Of a stretch of DNA of 37,359 nt, positions 1 through 11,961 are shown piece after piece. How positions within the stretch are numbered: position 1 is the first letter of the stretch; each line of letters opens with the position of its first letter. A model generated the notes under the pieces. It was not told the origin of the DNA, did not search any database, and saw only the letters and a program-made list of their open reading frames with translations. This DNA comes from Callorhinchus milii (taxonomy: Eukaryota). Where the stretch lies: contig NW_024705521.1 in the NCBI RefSeq assembly GCF_018977255.1, positions 1 through 37,359 of the forward strand, read 5' to 3'. The translations under genes and the position numbers were made by a program.

Positions 1-119
1 GAAGACTTTGCAAAAGAACGTTTCTCAACGAAACTGGATGAAAGTCGTAGAACCGTCCGACTAAATATAGCCCAAGTGAGAGTTGCAGACTCCGCGGCGT
101 ACTACTGTGCACTGAGCCC
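1..119 (+). CDS. TRAV: TCR alpha/delta V segment A1, 3' part only (cut by window start)
   Basis: Frame 1 reads EDFAKERFSTKLDESRRTVRLNIAQVRVADSAAYYCALSP. RSS follows: CACAGAG 120-126, 23-bp spacer, ACAAAAACT 150-158. Symbol is class-level only (TRAV/TRDV) for all V calls. Confidence 0.92.
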
Positions 120-163
120 CACAGAGGCACAGATCAGCGGCTCTGCCCTACAAAAACTGCCAC

Positions 164-310
164 GTGGAGTCCTGTAGCTCACTGGGTATAGCACACAACT
201 TGCAAGCAGCAAGCAAGCGAGATACGTGTGTTCGATTCACGGGAAAGCGCTTTGAGGCGTTTCGACGATGTGGTTTGGCACTATAATAAATGCAACGATT
301 ATTATTATTA
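164..310 (+). mobile_element. Internally deleted SINE (head joined to tail) just after A1 RSS
   Basis: GTGGAGTCCTGTAGCTC head and GTTCGATTC B box, then directly the AAAGCGCTTTGAGG tail. The same deletion is in the paralog at ~19845-19990. Confidence 0.78.
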
Positions 311-1733
311 AATACGATCATGTTATTTTCACAGAAATAGCTTCATACATTTTGCACTCTGGGGAGACATGCACTGGAAGTGTCCTTCTCTGCTATTTCA
401 ACAAGTAGGAAAAAATAAGAAACATTAACTTGCATCTACGTAGCGACATTCATGGGGGGAAAGTTAAGACGGGCCGAAAATAATTTGCAATCAACTATCT
501 CCAAATGTACACATGCTGTAGCTGCATTCCACCAGCAGATGTCACACTAAAAATAAGATAACATGAGCTGCGACTGACATACCTTGTCACGTTCCTTTAT
601 GTAACTGACAGGTGCTTCCTGTTGCAGTTGACATAGTTTCCTGACATACATGTTGCTGCTTCAGCTGACGTGTAAAAACCTTGTGTAAAACATGATTGGC
701 ACAAAATTTAGATTACTCAAAGAACAGTATTTGTGTCACTTTTTAGATGTGTTGTCTTTCTCTACCAGAAGCATTCGCCCTCATGTGGATCTCACTGAGA
801 TAAAAAATTTGATAAATCTTGTTATGAGTTATATGGTCATTTATGTTTGTTTAATTTGAAAAGGAGAGTACAACTGACCTCGTTTAGCTTAATGTAAGAA
901 TTGAAACGTAGTCTCTGATACACTGGGAGCTCAAACTTCCGATCTGGGTCCAGAACCAACAACATTCAGACACATCGGAGAAAGTACCAATAACAGATGC
1001 CGGTTTTCAACTCAGCCTTGATAGAAAGTAAACCTTTTTTNAAAACTAGGCTGCATGGTTCAAGATCAACCAAATGAATGCATTCAGAACAGTATTGAGA
1101 ATAAAAATGCCCTTTAATCATTTGATATACATCCATACTGCGTCTCGAAGGCGTCCTGAAGCGCTTCACAAACGAACAGTAAAGCAAATTGTTAGTGGGT
1201 GAAACGCACTCCTCGCAACCTCGCCCAGACCCACTGGCCTCCAATCCGCGGCAGATCAAGTTCAAGATCCTCATTAGAGAAAGTGACACCAAAAGCGGAA
1301 ATGTTGTCACCTCGTCCTTGATGACAGAAACTGAACCTGTATTCTTTTAGGCTCTGCTGCATGGCTCAACGATTCGTCAGCTAAATAAATGCATTCACCA
1401 TAATGATATTTAAAATTAAAATAAAGTTGTCATTTGACATAATGCCTGATCACGTCTTGAGGACACCTCAAATCGATTCATTCATTAAACTGTAAAATAA
1501 ATTGCTTTTGTGTTATATTTGCGGCATCCCATCGAAACCCAGACCTATTCGCTTCCAATCGCCAGAAGATCGAGTTCAAGATCCTCTGGTTAGTGGGAAA
1601 CGCCTACAATTGGAGACAGTAAACCACTGAACCCGTCAGATCAGCCGCTTCCTCACAACTCGTCACTGAAGCAGCAACACAGCGATATACAAAGGAAGAG
1701 ATCCCATTATCTGTCCACACCTCAGCAGCCAAC

Positions 1734-2639
1734 ATGACAGCTCACTGCCAGTTACTGATAGCAATCCTCACCATAGCCAGTAAGTATGTGTGGACATGCC
1801 CAGCGCATGATTTTTACATCATAAACATTCCGAAGCATAATGTTTAGAGAGGTCGCCTCACCAGCGAGAGAACCCGAGTTTGATTGCCGGGCAATGAAAC
1901 CTTTCAATGCGTTTGCTCACACCTCACCAATCTGTTTCCACAGCGTTAAGTAGGAAACATGTTGACAGTCGATTCCCCGATCGCTATCGGAGGTCAAGAA
2001 CCCACTATTGTATAAATCAATTTACAATAATATCGGTGAAATACTGCGGTGTACTGACAGCTCACTGCCAGTTACTGATAGCAATCCTCACCATACCCAG
2101 TAAGTATGTGTGGACATGCACAGCGCATGATGTTTACATCATAAAATTTCCCAATAATATCGGTGTAATTCTGCTGAATTCAACTGTCTGCTCAGTTTCG
2201 CTCAAAAATATAATTAATTCGCTTTGCAATATATTGTGTGGTTTCTTTGAGGCTGATGTACTGTGCGGTAACGTGCTCTATAAAGTGGATAAAAGCAAAT
2301 TATAAGTTCCTCAGAAAAATGTGTTGCTCTTGTTCTTGCAGAAGTGAGCGGGCAAGATGTTGTATCACAATATCCTCGCGAGAAAACAGAAATTGAAGGG
2401 CAAGACGTGCCACTAAACTGCAACATTTCAAGATTGGACACTGTCTTCTGGTACAGGCAAAACCCCGGCGGAGCTCTTCAATACGTGCTCAGGATATTTG
2501 CCTCTGGAAAGGTAGACAAATCTCCTGATCTACCTGAACGATTCACTGCTGAGCTGATCAAGGAGAATAAAGTAACTAAGCTGCAGATACTCGGGGCTGT
2601 TGTGGGTGACAGCGATGTGTATTCCTGTGCCCTGGACCC
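1734..2639 (+). pseudogene. TRAV: V segment B2: open frame but defective RSS
   Basis: Leader 1734-1779 (MTAHCQLLIAILTIA, GTAAGT). V exon 2342-2639 ends DSDVYSCALDP (YYC changed to YSC). Relative to paralog B9 the heptamer lacks CTG (CACATTA at 2640, leaving 20 nt to the nonamer) and the nonamer is ACAAAATCT at 2667-2675. Confidence 0.85.
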
Positions 2640-3376
2640 CACATTACAGGAAGGCACATACCCCGTACAAAATCTCAGCAGAAATTCATGACTTCCGCTC
2701 ACACATTTAATTTGCTGCTTTCAACAAACTGATGCGGTTATACAATGACAACAAGGAGAGCGGTGTCAACAGGCTGTGCTGTCTTCTTTTGTATGGGATT
2801 AAGCAGTCGTTTTGCAAGCTAGGGGAACCGGTTTCTTTAGAAAAAAACGCTTTTTCCTGCCAGCAGACATCGGCTGAATATAACAGCAAAAGAGAACTAA
2901 TGTACCAGAATGTAGCCCAAAATAGATATACCTCACCAAGTCTTGCCTCTTGCCTGTCAGCTCCTCGTAATCTGTTAAATTAAGCAAACACTATGCGTTC
3001 CTCCAGGAGGAAAGAGAAAATTCGTTTCCATAGGCACATTTACACGCGAAAATGGCATATGTATGTGGAACTGATGAATGTGTTTTCGTGAACTGGAATA
3101 TGGGTGTAACTGTGTGCAGACAAACTGCTCTACAAAGACATGTCACTGATGGAAGAGAACCATTGGATGAGTGAGATGGCAGAGCAGAGAAGGTGACGCA
3201 CAACGACAGAGGCACAAGGTTTGTACATAACCTTCAGACCTGCTCCCTCACAGTATATAACAACTTCTGTATGTTATTTCCTGTTTAGCTCTCCTCACGG
3301 TATCTTACAGCCTCCCAGCCAACTTTCTCCAACTGCACCATCAACGCTCTCACAACGTCCCGTGACATTAATACAT

Positions 3377-4226
3377 ATGACAATGTATATCTATGTGGTA
3401 GCAGTGATCATTACCTTGTCAGCTAAGCGACAAACTCGCTCTATTAGTCTGCTTCATTTGCATATTTTCCAATGAATATATATTTTTGCATTACATAACC
3501 AATACGGTACACGACTCATGCATTCCTGCAGCAAACGTGTTGACTTGGGTTTAGTTCCCGGCTTGGACATAGCGAAACCTCAGGCAAGTTTCCTTCCTGC
3601 ACACACGCACCACTTTGTACATCGAGATATGTAGGTACCCGTTCGTTGGTCGATCATCGGATCAGTTTTCGGTGTTAATAATCTCTTAACGGGTACCAGT
3701 GATAATAATGCTATCAGTCATTCCATGAACTTTTATTAGGAAAATGCTGTGCGCAATTGTTCTGCCACTTGTCGCCCACACAATACACATTCTCAGAATA
3801 TTCTATGAAGCATTTGGAGACGCAATGATGTAGTATGGCGCTGTATGAAAAGCAATAATTTGTATGATGATTATTGTTATGGTATTGAAAGCTGATATGG
3901 GTCTGGTTTCCAGGACATTGTGGAGGAGACGCTGTAACACAGCTCCAATCTACTGTGACAGTGACTGAAGGGGAGGATGTTTACCTGCAGTGCAATTATA
4001 CAGCTACAAGCGAATACAATACCTATCTGTTCTGGTACCGTCACTTTCCGAACAAACCTCCAGAATATATCCTTAGCACAGACACCAACAACAGGATCAA
4101 GAAAGGCGCGGACTTTGCAGAAGAACGTTTCTCAACGAATGTGTCTAAAGCGGAGAGAACCGTCCCATTAAATATATTGCAAGTGAGAGTTACAGACTCC
4201 GCGGGGTATTACTGTGCACTGAGCCC
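3377..4226 (+). pseudogene. TRAV: V segment A3: leader splice donor mutated
   Basis: Leader 3377-3422 (MTMYIYVVAVIITLS) is followed by CTAAGC, where paralogs have GTAAGC. V exon 3914-4226 is open to YYCALSP. RSS CACAGAG 4227-4233 / 23 / ACAAAAACT 4257-4265. Confidence 0.85.
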
Positions 4227-4269
4227 CACAGAGGCACAGATCAGCGGTTCCGCCCTACAAAAACTGCCA

Positions 4270-4660
4270 TGTGGGGTCCTGTGGCTCAGTGGTTACAGCA
4301 CTTGCCTCACAAGCGATAGACGTTGGTTCAATGACCTGCAGAACGAATCATTGCGCAACTTTCCTTATTCCACACACTAGTCTCTGGTTACCAGCAGTAA
4401 ATAGGAAGCAGGTTGTTAATCGGTTGGAGTATCGATTTTTCAGAGGCAATAATTCCTTCTGAATAATAGTGTTAATAATAAATTGGTCACTTCATCCAAT
4501 GAGTCACCGATAATTATAATTTGCTGCCGTGCTTCGCCCTCACAATATGCAGTCAATTCGTTTATTGTATATTGAATGAAGCACTGAGTGGCGTCTCGAA
4601 GATTTGATATGGCGCTATATCAAATACAACTATTATTATTATTGTTATTAACTGTAGTCA
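4270..4660 (+). mobile_element. Diverged SINE just after A3 RSS
   Basis: GTGGGGTCCTGTGGCTCAGTGGTTACAGCAC head, tail with ATT repeats. Paralogous copies at ~13544-13890, ~23793-24350 and ~32057-32355. Confidence 0.78.
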
Positions 4661-5520
4661 TCTTATCATCAATGTAATAATACAAAATGTCTTGCTTTCT
4701 GGGGAGCGCTGCCACATGTACGATTCTTTCTATGCTGCATTAGTAAATAAGTAAACATCAAAACAAACAATTTCCGTTTAAATTGCTTAAACAAAAACTA
4801 TCTGTAGAGAAACTGTTTCTTCTGGTGGCTGGAGTGATGCAGAATGAGGGTGCATTAGAGCCAGTCCAGTTAGCAAAGAAATTGGCAGGAAAAAATTACG
4901 AACAATTTAAGGAAATATGGAAAACTTCCACAAAGATTCTGGAAATGTTGGTTCTATTCACATTTTCCAGACTGAGTTGGATACATTTATTTTAGCTCAG
5001 GATATCAAGGGTTACGAAGAAAAGGTTAGAATATGTGTTGAGAGATAAATCAGCCATGATGTAATATAACGTTGGAACAAACTCAAGGACCTGATGGTCT
5101 GCTCCTATTCCTATTTAGCGCTTTCCACGTATGGGAGCGTTCTTGGCGAGTCACTAAAGAAACGAAACAATTTAGTGTTTTGAAGTTAAAGAAGAATGAA
5201 CATTCAATTTCATTTTAAGTCCAGTCAGCACATTTCCCTTGCGACGTCCTCCTGACGTGAACTGACTTAAATAAATGGCAATATTTTGTCACACTGGTGC
5301 AAAATGCTCTAAGTCAGCTAATTGTTCAGTCAAATGATATAATCGATGAAATAATAAGACAAGGAAATGAATAGAAATGGAGGAGGAGCAAGTGGCGCAG
5401 CAAGTGTTAGCAGAGAGACACGTCAATGTAAAAGAATGTGAATGACACCGAATATCCGAATGTTCCAGAGAGGAGTAGAAAATAAGGGGAACGAGCAGGG
5501 AAACTAGACTAAACTAGACT

Positions 5521-5858
5521 TGGAGTCCTGTAGCTCAGTGGTTAGAGCACTCGCTTTGCAAGTGAGAGACCTGAGTTCAATTCCAGGCAGAGGGCGAAAC
5601 CTTGGGCAAGTTTCCTTACTCCACACAGAGCCTAATAATAATCCCTCCAAAACCAAAAACAATAATTAAATTGGTCATTTTCAATCTACGACTGTTTGTG
5701 GGACATTGCTGTGCGCAATTGGCTGCCGAGTTCGCCCACAAATGAACAGTCAATTCACTTTACAGTGTGTTCTGTGAAGCGCTTTGGGACGTCCTCCCGA
5801 CGTGAAAAGCGCTATATCAAATGCAAGGATTATTATTATTATGATTATTATTATTATT
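5521..5858 (+). mobile_element. Young full-length tRNA-derived SINE with L2-type tail
   Basis: Head TGGAGTCCTGTAGCTCAGTGGTTAGAGC (A box) and GAGTTCAATTCC (B box). Central TGTGGG...CCCACA domain. 3' GCGCTTT...AAAGCGC stem-loop and (ATT)n tail. Absent at the paralogous site ~25204. Confidence 0.9.
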
Positions 5859-5968
5859 AATGCACAAACTTCCTGTGGAGAAGATAGCACCAAGGAAAGG
5901 CAAGACGGGCCCAAAATAATTATGCTATGAAACCTCTCCAATTGTGTACGTGTTGTAGCTATAATCCA

Positions 5969-5982
5969 CCAGCAGATGGCGC
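5969..5982 (+). promoter_or_regulatory. Candidate CTCF site
   Basis: CCAGCAGATGGCGC matches the CCASYAGRKGGCRS core exactly. Also exact at 25315-25328, one mismatch at 14113-14126 and 532-545, more degenerate at ~20213 and ~32544. Confidence 0.7.
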
Positions 5983-6068
5983 ACTAAATAAAAACACAAA
6001 TAACATGAGCTGCAACTCACATAACACGTCACGCTCCTTTCTGTAACTACCTTCCTTTGCAGCAGTAA

Positions 6069-6081
6069 CAGGTGCTTCCTG
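6069..6081 (+). promoter_or_regulatory. Conserved E-box + Ets composite CAGGTGCTTCCTG
   Basis: Present at 609, 6069, 14208, 25413 and 32639, and with one mismatch at 20309, each ~80-100 bp after the CTCF-like motif. Confidence 0.55.
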
Positions 6082-7229
6082 TTGCAGTTGACATATTTCA
6101 CTCACACACTATTGCTGCTTCAAGAGATATTTACAAATATTTGCCTGAAGTATTAACATAAGGCCTCGGTTGCTCATGAAACAATTTCTATCTCACCTAT
6201 TTTACATTACTGCCTTTTTATCCGATTAGCAGCCGCTCTTAAATTGTTTTCTCTGCGGTACAGCAATTCTCTGTTGACATTTGTTACAGTATCGGCTTCT
6301 GCCACACTTTCAGACAATGCATTCAAGATCAGAACAATTGGAAGTGTGACAAAAAAATCTGCTCCTCACAATTTGTTCAGGCAACTACATTAAACGTGAA
6401 CATTAAGCTATTTAATACGTTTATTACTATATAATTTTAAAAAATCATTGATATCTCATCCCGCAACTGAAACATTCAAAAGCGAACAAACTGCTCACTG
6501 TGAAATACAGATTGGATTATGTTCTGCTGTTCTGGTCTGACACTCTAGAGCAGGCCTGGCTGTCAGTATTGTTGGTGAAGCTTGTCCTACCGAGGAGATA
6601 TTAAACCCAGGCCCAGGCGGCTTGCATGTAGGGACTATAGTGATGCCATTGCAATGCTCGAGAAAGTTTTCAACCGGTGTCTGGACAGACTTTCCATCGG
6701 TTAAATTCATCTTTCATTCATAGCTGTTCGAACGAAAGTGTTGCATACAAATTGTTTGAGGAGGTTTGAGACGTATCGACTAAATGACAAGGCTGTATTT
6801 GATAAAAGCATTTCTGAAACCCGAATACTAAAAACATTAGTAAGGGCACATCTTATTCAACATTGTAATCATAACGATAATAAAAGCAAAAGTTGCGTTT
6901 GATACACTGCAACAATACGTCATTGAGACGTCTCAGAGCTCTTCACAGAATACGCTGAAAAGTGTAGTGAATATATTTTTTGATGCCAATTGTGTAGAGT
7001 AGTGTCCCACAAAAAGCTGTGGTTTGAGTTGCCAGATTTTTCGGCGCTGTGTGATTGGGAGAGTGTGGAAGGTGGGGTGGAAGGGGGGGTTTAGGGTTAG
7101 GTTAGGTGTGGGGCGTTAGATTGTCTTGTGTGGGCGAAACGTGGTCGCCAACTGTATAAAACAGCGGCCCACAAAATATTGTGGATTGAGTGACCTGATT
7201 GTGTGGCACTGTGTGTGTTTGTGTGGGGG

Positions 7230-7415
7230 GAATGGAGGGGGCGGGGCGCTCTAATGCAACAGAAGTGATTGGGCGATGCGCCTCAGTGCGGGCGGGGCAG
7301 TGACTGATTGACGCAGCTGTGTGGGCGTGGCAGTGGCTGCGTGGGCGGGGCTCTGTGTGGGCGGGGCAGTGGCTGTGTGGGCGTGGCTATGTATGTGGGC
7401 GGGGCTGTGACTGTG
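7230..7415 (+). repeat. GC-box-rich minisatellite upstream of C4 leader
   Basis: Degenerate TGTGGGCG(G/T)GGC units with about five GGGCGG hexamers. Paralog at ~26590-26825. Confidence 0.85.
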
Positions 7416-7480
7416 TGGCTGCTGAGCCCAAAAGCCCCATCAATCCACATTGGGGTGTTAATGTCAGACACTGGATCAGG

Positions 7481-8259
7481 ATGCTCACGTGGGAGATATA
7501 TGCTGTTCTCTCAATCACTCTCAGCTTACTATGCCGTTAGTACCTTCTGTATATCTTTTTTTAATATCTTGTTATACCTTTTACAACATTATAGTATTAA
7601 TAATCGTTTGATTATATACTGTGCTTTTCCATATATTCGAGACGATTGTCAGCAGCACTTTTGATCAAACAGTCATTGATTGAGTGTCCAAATTGTTATC
7701 TATTTTATTATTGATTTATTATTTAAGTGTTAATTACCCCTGGAAAAGAGAGATGCCATTCAACAAACAACCTTGTTCCTATTTACTGCTTATTAAACAG
7801 AGGTGTATGGAGCAAGAAAATTGTCTGAAGTTTCGCTGTGCCCTGATTCAAAAGCCAGATAACTCTTGCTTCTGAGGCGAATGCTCTCACCAATACGTTA
7901 CAGTCTCCACATTAGACAAACTTGCTGCTCAACAATATGTTCTTTTAAATCACAGGAAACAGCCTGCAAGATATTGGGAATCAACCGATTGCTGAAATAA
8001 CAGTTGAAGAGGGAAAAGATGTGAAATTATCCTGCGCCTTACAGAAAATCAGTGATACCTCCTATCTCTATTGGTATAGACAAGTTTCCAGGAACGCTCC
8101 TGTCTACATTCTTCTGTCTGTTGCAGGGAAGGATAATAAGAGCCCTGACTTCCAACAACGATTTTCCTCCAAAGTCGATAAAACGAACGAAGATTTCAAA
8201 CTGAGTATTGCCACCGTCCTGATCGGGGACAGTGCCGTGTATTACTGCGCCAACGAGCC
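7481..8259 (+). CDS. TRAV: V segment C4, apparently intact
   Basis: Probable leader 7481-7535 (MLTWEIYAVLSITLSLLC, donor GTTAGT, phase 1). V exon 7956-8259 reads ...KLSC...LYWYRQ...DSAVYYCANEP. RSS CACACTG 8260-8266 / 23 / ATAAAAACT 8290-8298 (one nonamer mismatch). Confidence 0.87.
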
Positions 8260-9435
8260 CACACTGCTTCCGTGGTGTGGCGACTCCGTATAAAAACTGC
8301 AACCGGTTCATTTGCTGCTGAACCGCGAGGGGGAACCATTGCATCAAGTAAAATTAAAACAGCATTTATATCTGTTGACTTATATAGTCCAGTGCTATAT
8401 TGGTTTGACCTGAGCTAATTCAGCTCGCAAGCGTGAAGACTCGGGTTGGATTCCCGGGTGGGACAAAACATTGGGCAAATTTCTTTGCTCCACACACATA
8501 CCTCTGCCTTCCTATCAGTTGTAGGAACACGGTTGGCATTCCATCAGCGTAACGCTTTTCCAGGAGTAACAATTCCTTAAAAATTATAACAACAGTTTGG
8601 TAGCTCAATCGTTTACTCTTTGTGTGCAATAGACTGCCACGTTTCAACTGTCACAATCACAATATCGTTGCTATACATAATATAATATAACATAATTGTT
8701 ATTTTGCCTCTGTCTTTCTCGCAGACGCAGGAACACGGTTGGTAGTCTCTTCGCTGATCGCTTTTCCAGAATTAATAATCCCTTAAAAAAATAACAGCAA
8801 GTTGGTCACTGAAAATATGAATACTCGTGTGCAGCAGACGACCCGCTTCGCCCCAGTAATCTCTGTACATCATAATGCTGCACATTAAATTCTGCGAAAA
8901 GCTTTCTGTCGTCCCAATGGCACTATACGGCGCTTTATCAAAGGCAATCATTACTGTAATCATCATTGTTAATTTGGGTTAAGTGTAACAATTATAGTGA
9001 GGTGTTTAACCACTGGGTGTCGCTGATATTTTGTGGAGACACCACAGGCTGAAAAGGTTGTGATGAGTGGTTCAACAACGCATTATCGTGCAATTCAATC
9101 GTACTCAGAAGCTTGTCAACCTCGTCCGTTTCCTTGGTTTATACTTTCCATTCAGAAGGACAGATGTACACGAAATATAGAGAGTCGGTATCACAGTTTT
9201 TTACAACGTGTAGGATATCAGTCCGCACAATGTAAGCGAGCATCAGGAATCTCTGACTGTTCTTCTCCCACGATTAATGGAAAACATCTTCCTTATATCC
9301 TAATCTATCTTAGATTTGGTTTCTACGGAACCCTAGGAACCTATTGATCTCATTCGCTTAATCACAAAGGTCCTGATACACTATTCTTGCAATTCGCCAA
9401 GCTATCAAGATCTGGGCTCATTCCTCAGGACATCT

Positions 9436-9800
9436 GGACGTATAGCTCAGTGGTTAGAGCACTCGCCTCGCAAGGAGACATATGTTCGACTCTTATTCGG
9501 GCAAAATTTTTTGGCACTTATCCTTACTCCACACGGTTTGGCTTAACATTGCAGTAAATAGTAACCCGGTTGCTACTCAGATGGCTGATAGATTTCAGTG
9601 GTAACATTTCCCCAAAAAGGGCTAAATAAGTCATTCAACCACAAATATTTGTGTGCGACGTATGTGCGTAATGATCTGCCGCACTGTCCCACAACTTATG
9701 CCGTCAATTGACTTTGCAGTATACTGCATGTAGCGCTTTGAGACGTCTCAATGACGTGATAAGGCGTTGTATGAAAAGCAAGCAAGGGATATTGTTATTT
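9436..9800 (+). mobile_element. Diverged SINE
   Basis: GGACGTATAGCTCAGTGGTTAGAGCACTCGCCTCGCAAG head and GCGCTTTGAGACGTC tail. Paralog at ~28735-28990. Confidence 0.75.
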
Positions 9801-10076
9801 TTACTTTTATCTGCTTCAGTCTTTGTAACTCGCTTCCTCTTCACTGTCTCTTTCACACATTGCTGTGGTTTGCCTCTGCGAGGCGGAGGGAATCTGAACT
9901 TAAAAGATAGGAGGAGTCGCAATACATCTCCAGCAATGAACAGAGACAGAGTAATGACGCGGGGATAAGAGTCAACGTCTCAAGTGAACCAACGTTTATC
10001 CATCAGACGCTGACTTTAGATGATTTCTGGTTGCAATTCATCCGGATACATTGACGTGAATCGAAGAGAGTTGAGA

Positions 10077-10534
10077 ATGAAGCAGATTTTCAGCGCAACG
10101 TATATTATTTTGAATTTAACAATAAAGCTTTGTGTAAGTAGTGCATGAATTTGGATCAACAAATTCTTTTTTACCTGCTAAATAATTACAGTTTATCGCG
10201 CCAGACACTATCCTAATTCCTTTGCGAGTATGTTCATTTATATTATCTTTCCAGGTGTATTGGCTGAAAGTGACGTTTCACAGTCACCTCAGGCCGTGAC
10301 AGGGAATGAAAATGGAAACGTATCTATGGAGTGCAACACCACTGTGTCCGGCCCAACCTTTCATTGGTACACACAGTATGGAAACGGTTCCATCCGGTTC
10401 TTGGTTTTGGGAACAAAAGACATCAATATGAAGGACAGGATAAGCGCTTTGGCTAATACAAGACAGAGAAACTGCACTCTAACAATCCAAGACCTGCGAG
10501 TGTCAGACACCGCCACTTACTTCTGTGCGGAAGG
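10077..10534 (+). CDS. TRAV: V segment D5; V exon and RSS intact, leader phase doubtful
   Basis: V exon 10255-10534 reads ...SMEC...FHWYTQ...DTATYFCAEG. RSS CACAGTG 10535-10541 / 23 / GCAAAAACA 10565-10573. Leader from ATG 10077 reaches GTAAGT (10134) in phase 0, whereas the V exon needs phase 1. Confidence 0.8.
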
Positions 10535-10579
10535 CACAGTGTTGTTTGTCTAAGAGGGACCTGTGCAAAAACATGTTGG

Positions 10580-10945
10580 TTTTACTGCAGCTCAATGGTT
10601 AGAGAACTCGCTTCACAAGCGAAATAATTGGGTTCAATATCGGGCAGTGCAAAATGTTGGCCAAGTTTCGTTAATCCACATGCGTCTGTATATCCAGCGA
10701 TAAGTCGGAATGTGGTTGTTAGTTGGTTGACGGATCGCTTTTCCGATGGTGATAATTCCTATAAATAGAGAAAAATTCAATCCACAACTGTTTGTGGGAC
10801 ACTGCTGCGCGCAAACGACTGCGACATTACGGCCATAACATAAACAGTCAATTTACTTCACCGTACAACCTACCAAATGCTATGTGTCGTCGAATAGGTG
10901 ATGAAGCGCTGTATTAAATGCAAAGTTTATTTTTATTTTTATTGG
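10580..10945 (+). mobile_element. Diverged SINE just after D5 RSS
   Basis: GCAGCTCAATGGTTAGAG head, TGTGGGACACTGCTGCGCGC core, tail. Paralog at ~29770-30220. Confidence 0.72.
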
Positions 10946-11961
10946 TTTCATAGACGGAAATAGGAACACGTTTGATAGCAGTTTGGATGATACTTTTTAC
11001 GGGTGTAATAATCCATCAACAAAATGGATCACTCGATCGAAGACTGTTTGAGAGACGCTGCACTATGCACTTGGCTGCCGGGTGTTGTCCACAAAATACA
11101 CTCTCGATGCACTTTACACGGTACCCTCTGAAGACCGTACAGTCGACTCGGACAAGTGATAAATCGTTATGTTAATTACAAGCGCTTTTATCATAACCCA
11201 AAGGTGGGTTGAGATAATCATATGCATGGAAATGGTTTCCACATATGTCAGACACCAGTTTAAGAAAACTATATGATTATGTATGAAGGATCATTCCGCG
11301 AAATAAATCGTACAACACAGTAACTGGCAGAAAGTTTCCAGCCGTCTGCCCACACTCGGGGGCTTCCACTTAATACAACATCCGATCTCGTTTTAACCGT
11401 CTATATCACAATAATTCTTGACATTTGATACAGCGCTTCGTCTCGTCTCCGCGATGCCTCACAGCACTGCAGGGAATGCAGTATAATGTGTCGTGACTGT
11501 GAATTTTATGGGCGAAACTCGGGAAACAATTTCACACAACAGTCGCGGTTTCAGGGATAAAGTTTTGAGAGGTTGTTAACAGGACTTGTTTTTCAAATGT
11601 GCTCACCACATCCAGCACTGCTTGTGAGAAAACTTGCCTGCACATGGGCTGCCGCGTTTAATCCACATAACAAACAGTCACTACTGTTTAATGCACAAAC
11701 TGAGAAGCGCTATGAGAGTTCACAGTAATGTGATCACGAACTATATCAAATGCATTGATTACTGTCACCTTAGAAGAAGAGATGTGAAAATCTGCTGTTT
11801 GTGAAAGGCGGGGGTTGGGGACTGGGGGGAAGGGCGAGGAGGGATTGTCCTGCCATCGGATAGTTGGCATAACAAGCGTGGACCTGAGTAATAAAAGACA
11901 ATTAATAAGTACATGATCAGAGTGTCGCCCAACAGAGATTTACCTGCCCCGAGTCTTGTTT

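Noticed and set aside
127-158. Second heptamer-like CACAGAT inside family-A spacers
   Set aside because: It lies 15 bp from the nonamer, which fits neither the 12 nor the 23 rule.
5521-5600. tRNA gene
   Set aside because: The tRNA-like sequence continues into a SINE body and tail, and the many decayed copies show it is a SINE head.
7085-7110. Telomere-like TTAGGG/TTAGG run
   Set aside because: Only about three degenerate units, absent from the paralog, and consistent with low-complexity G-rich sequence.
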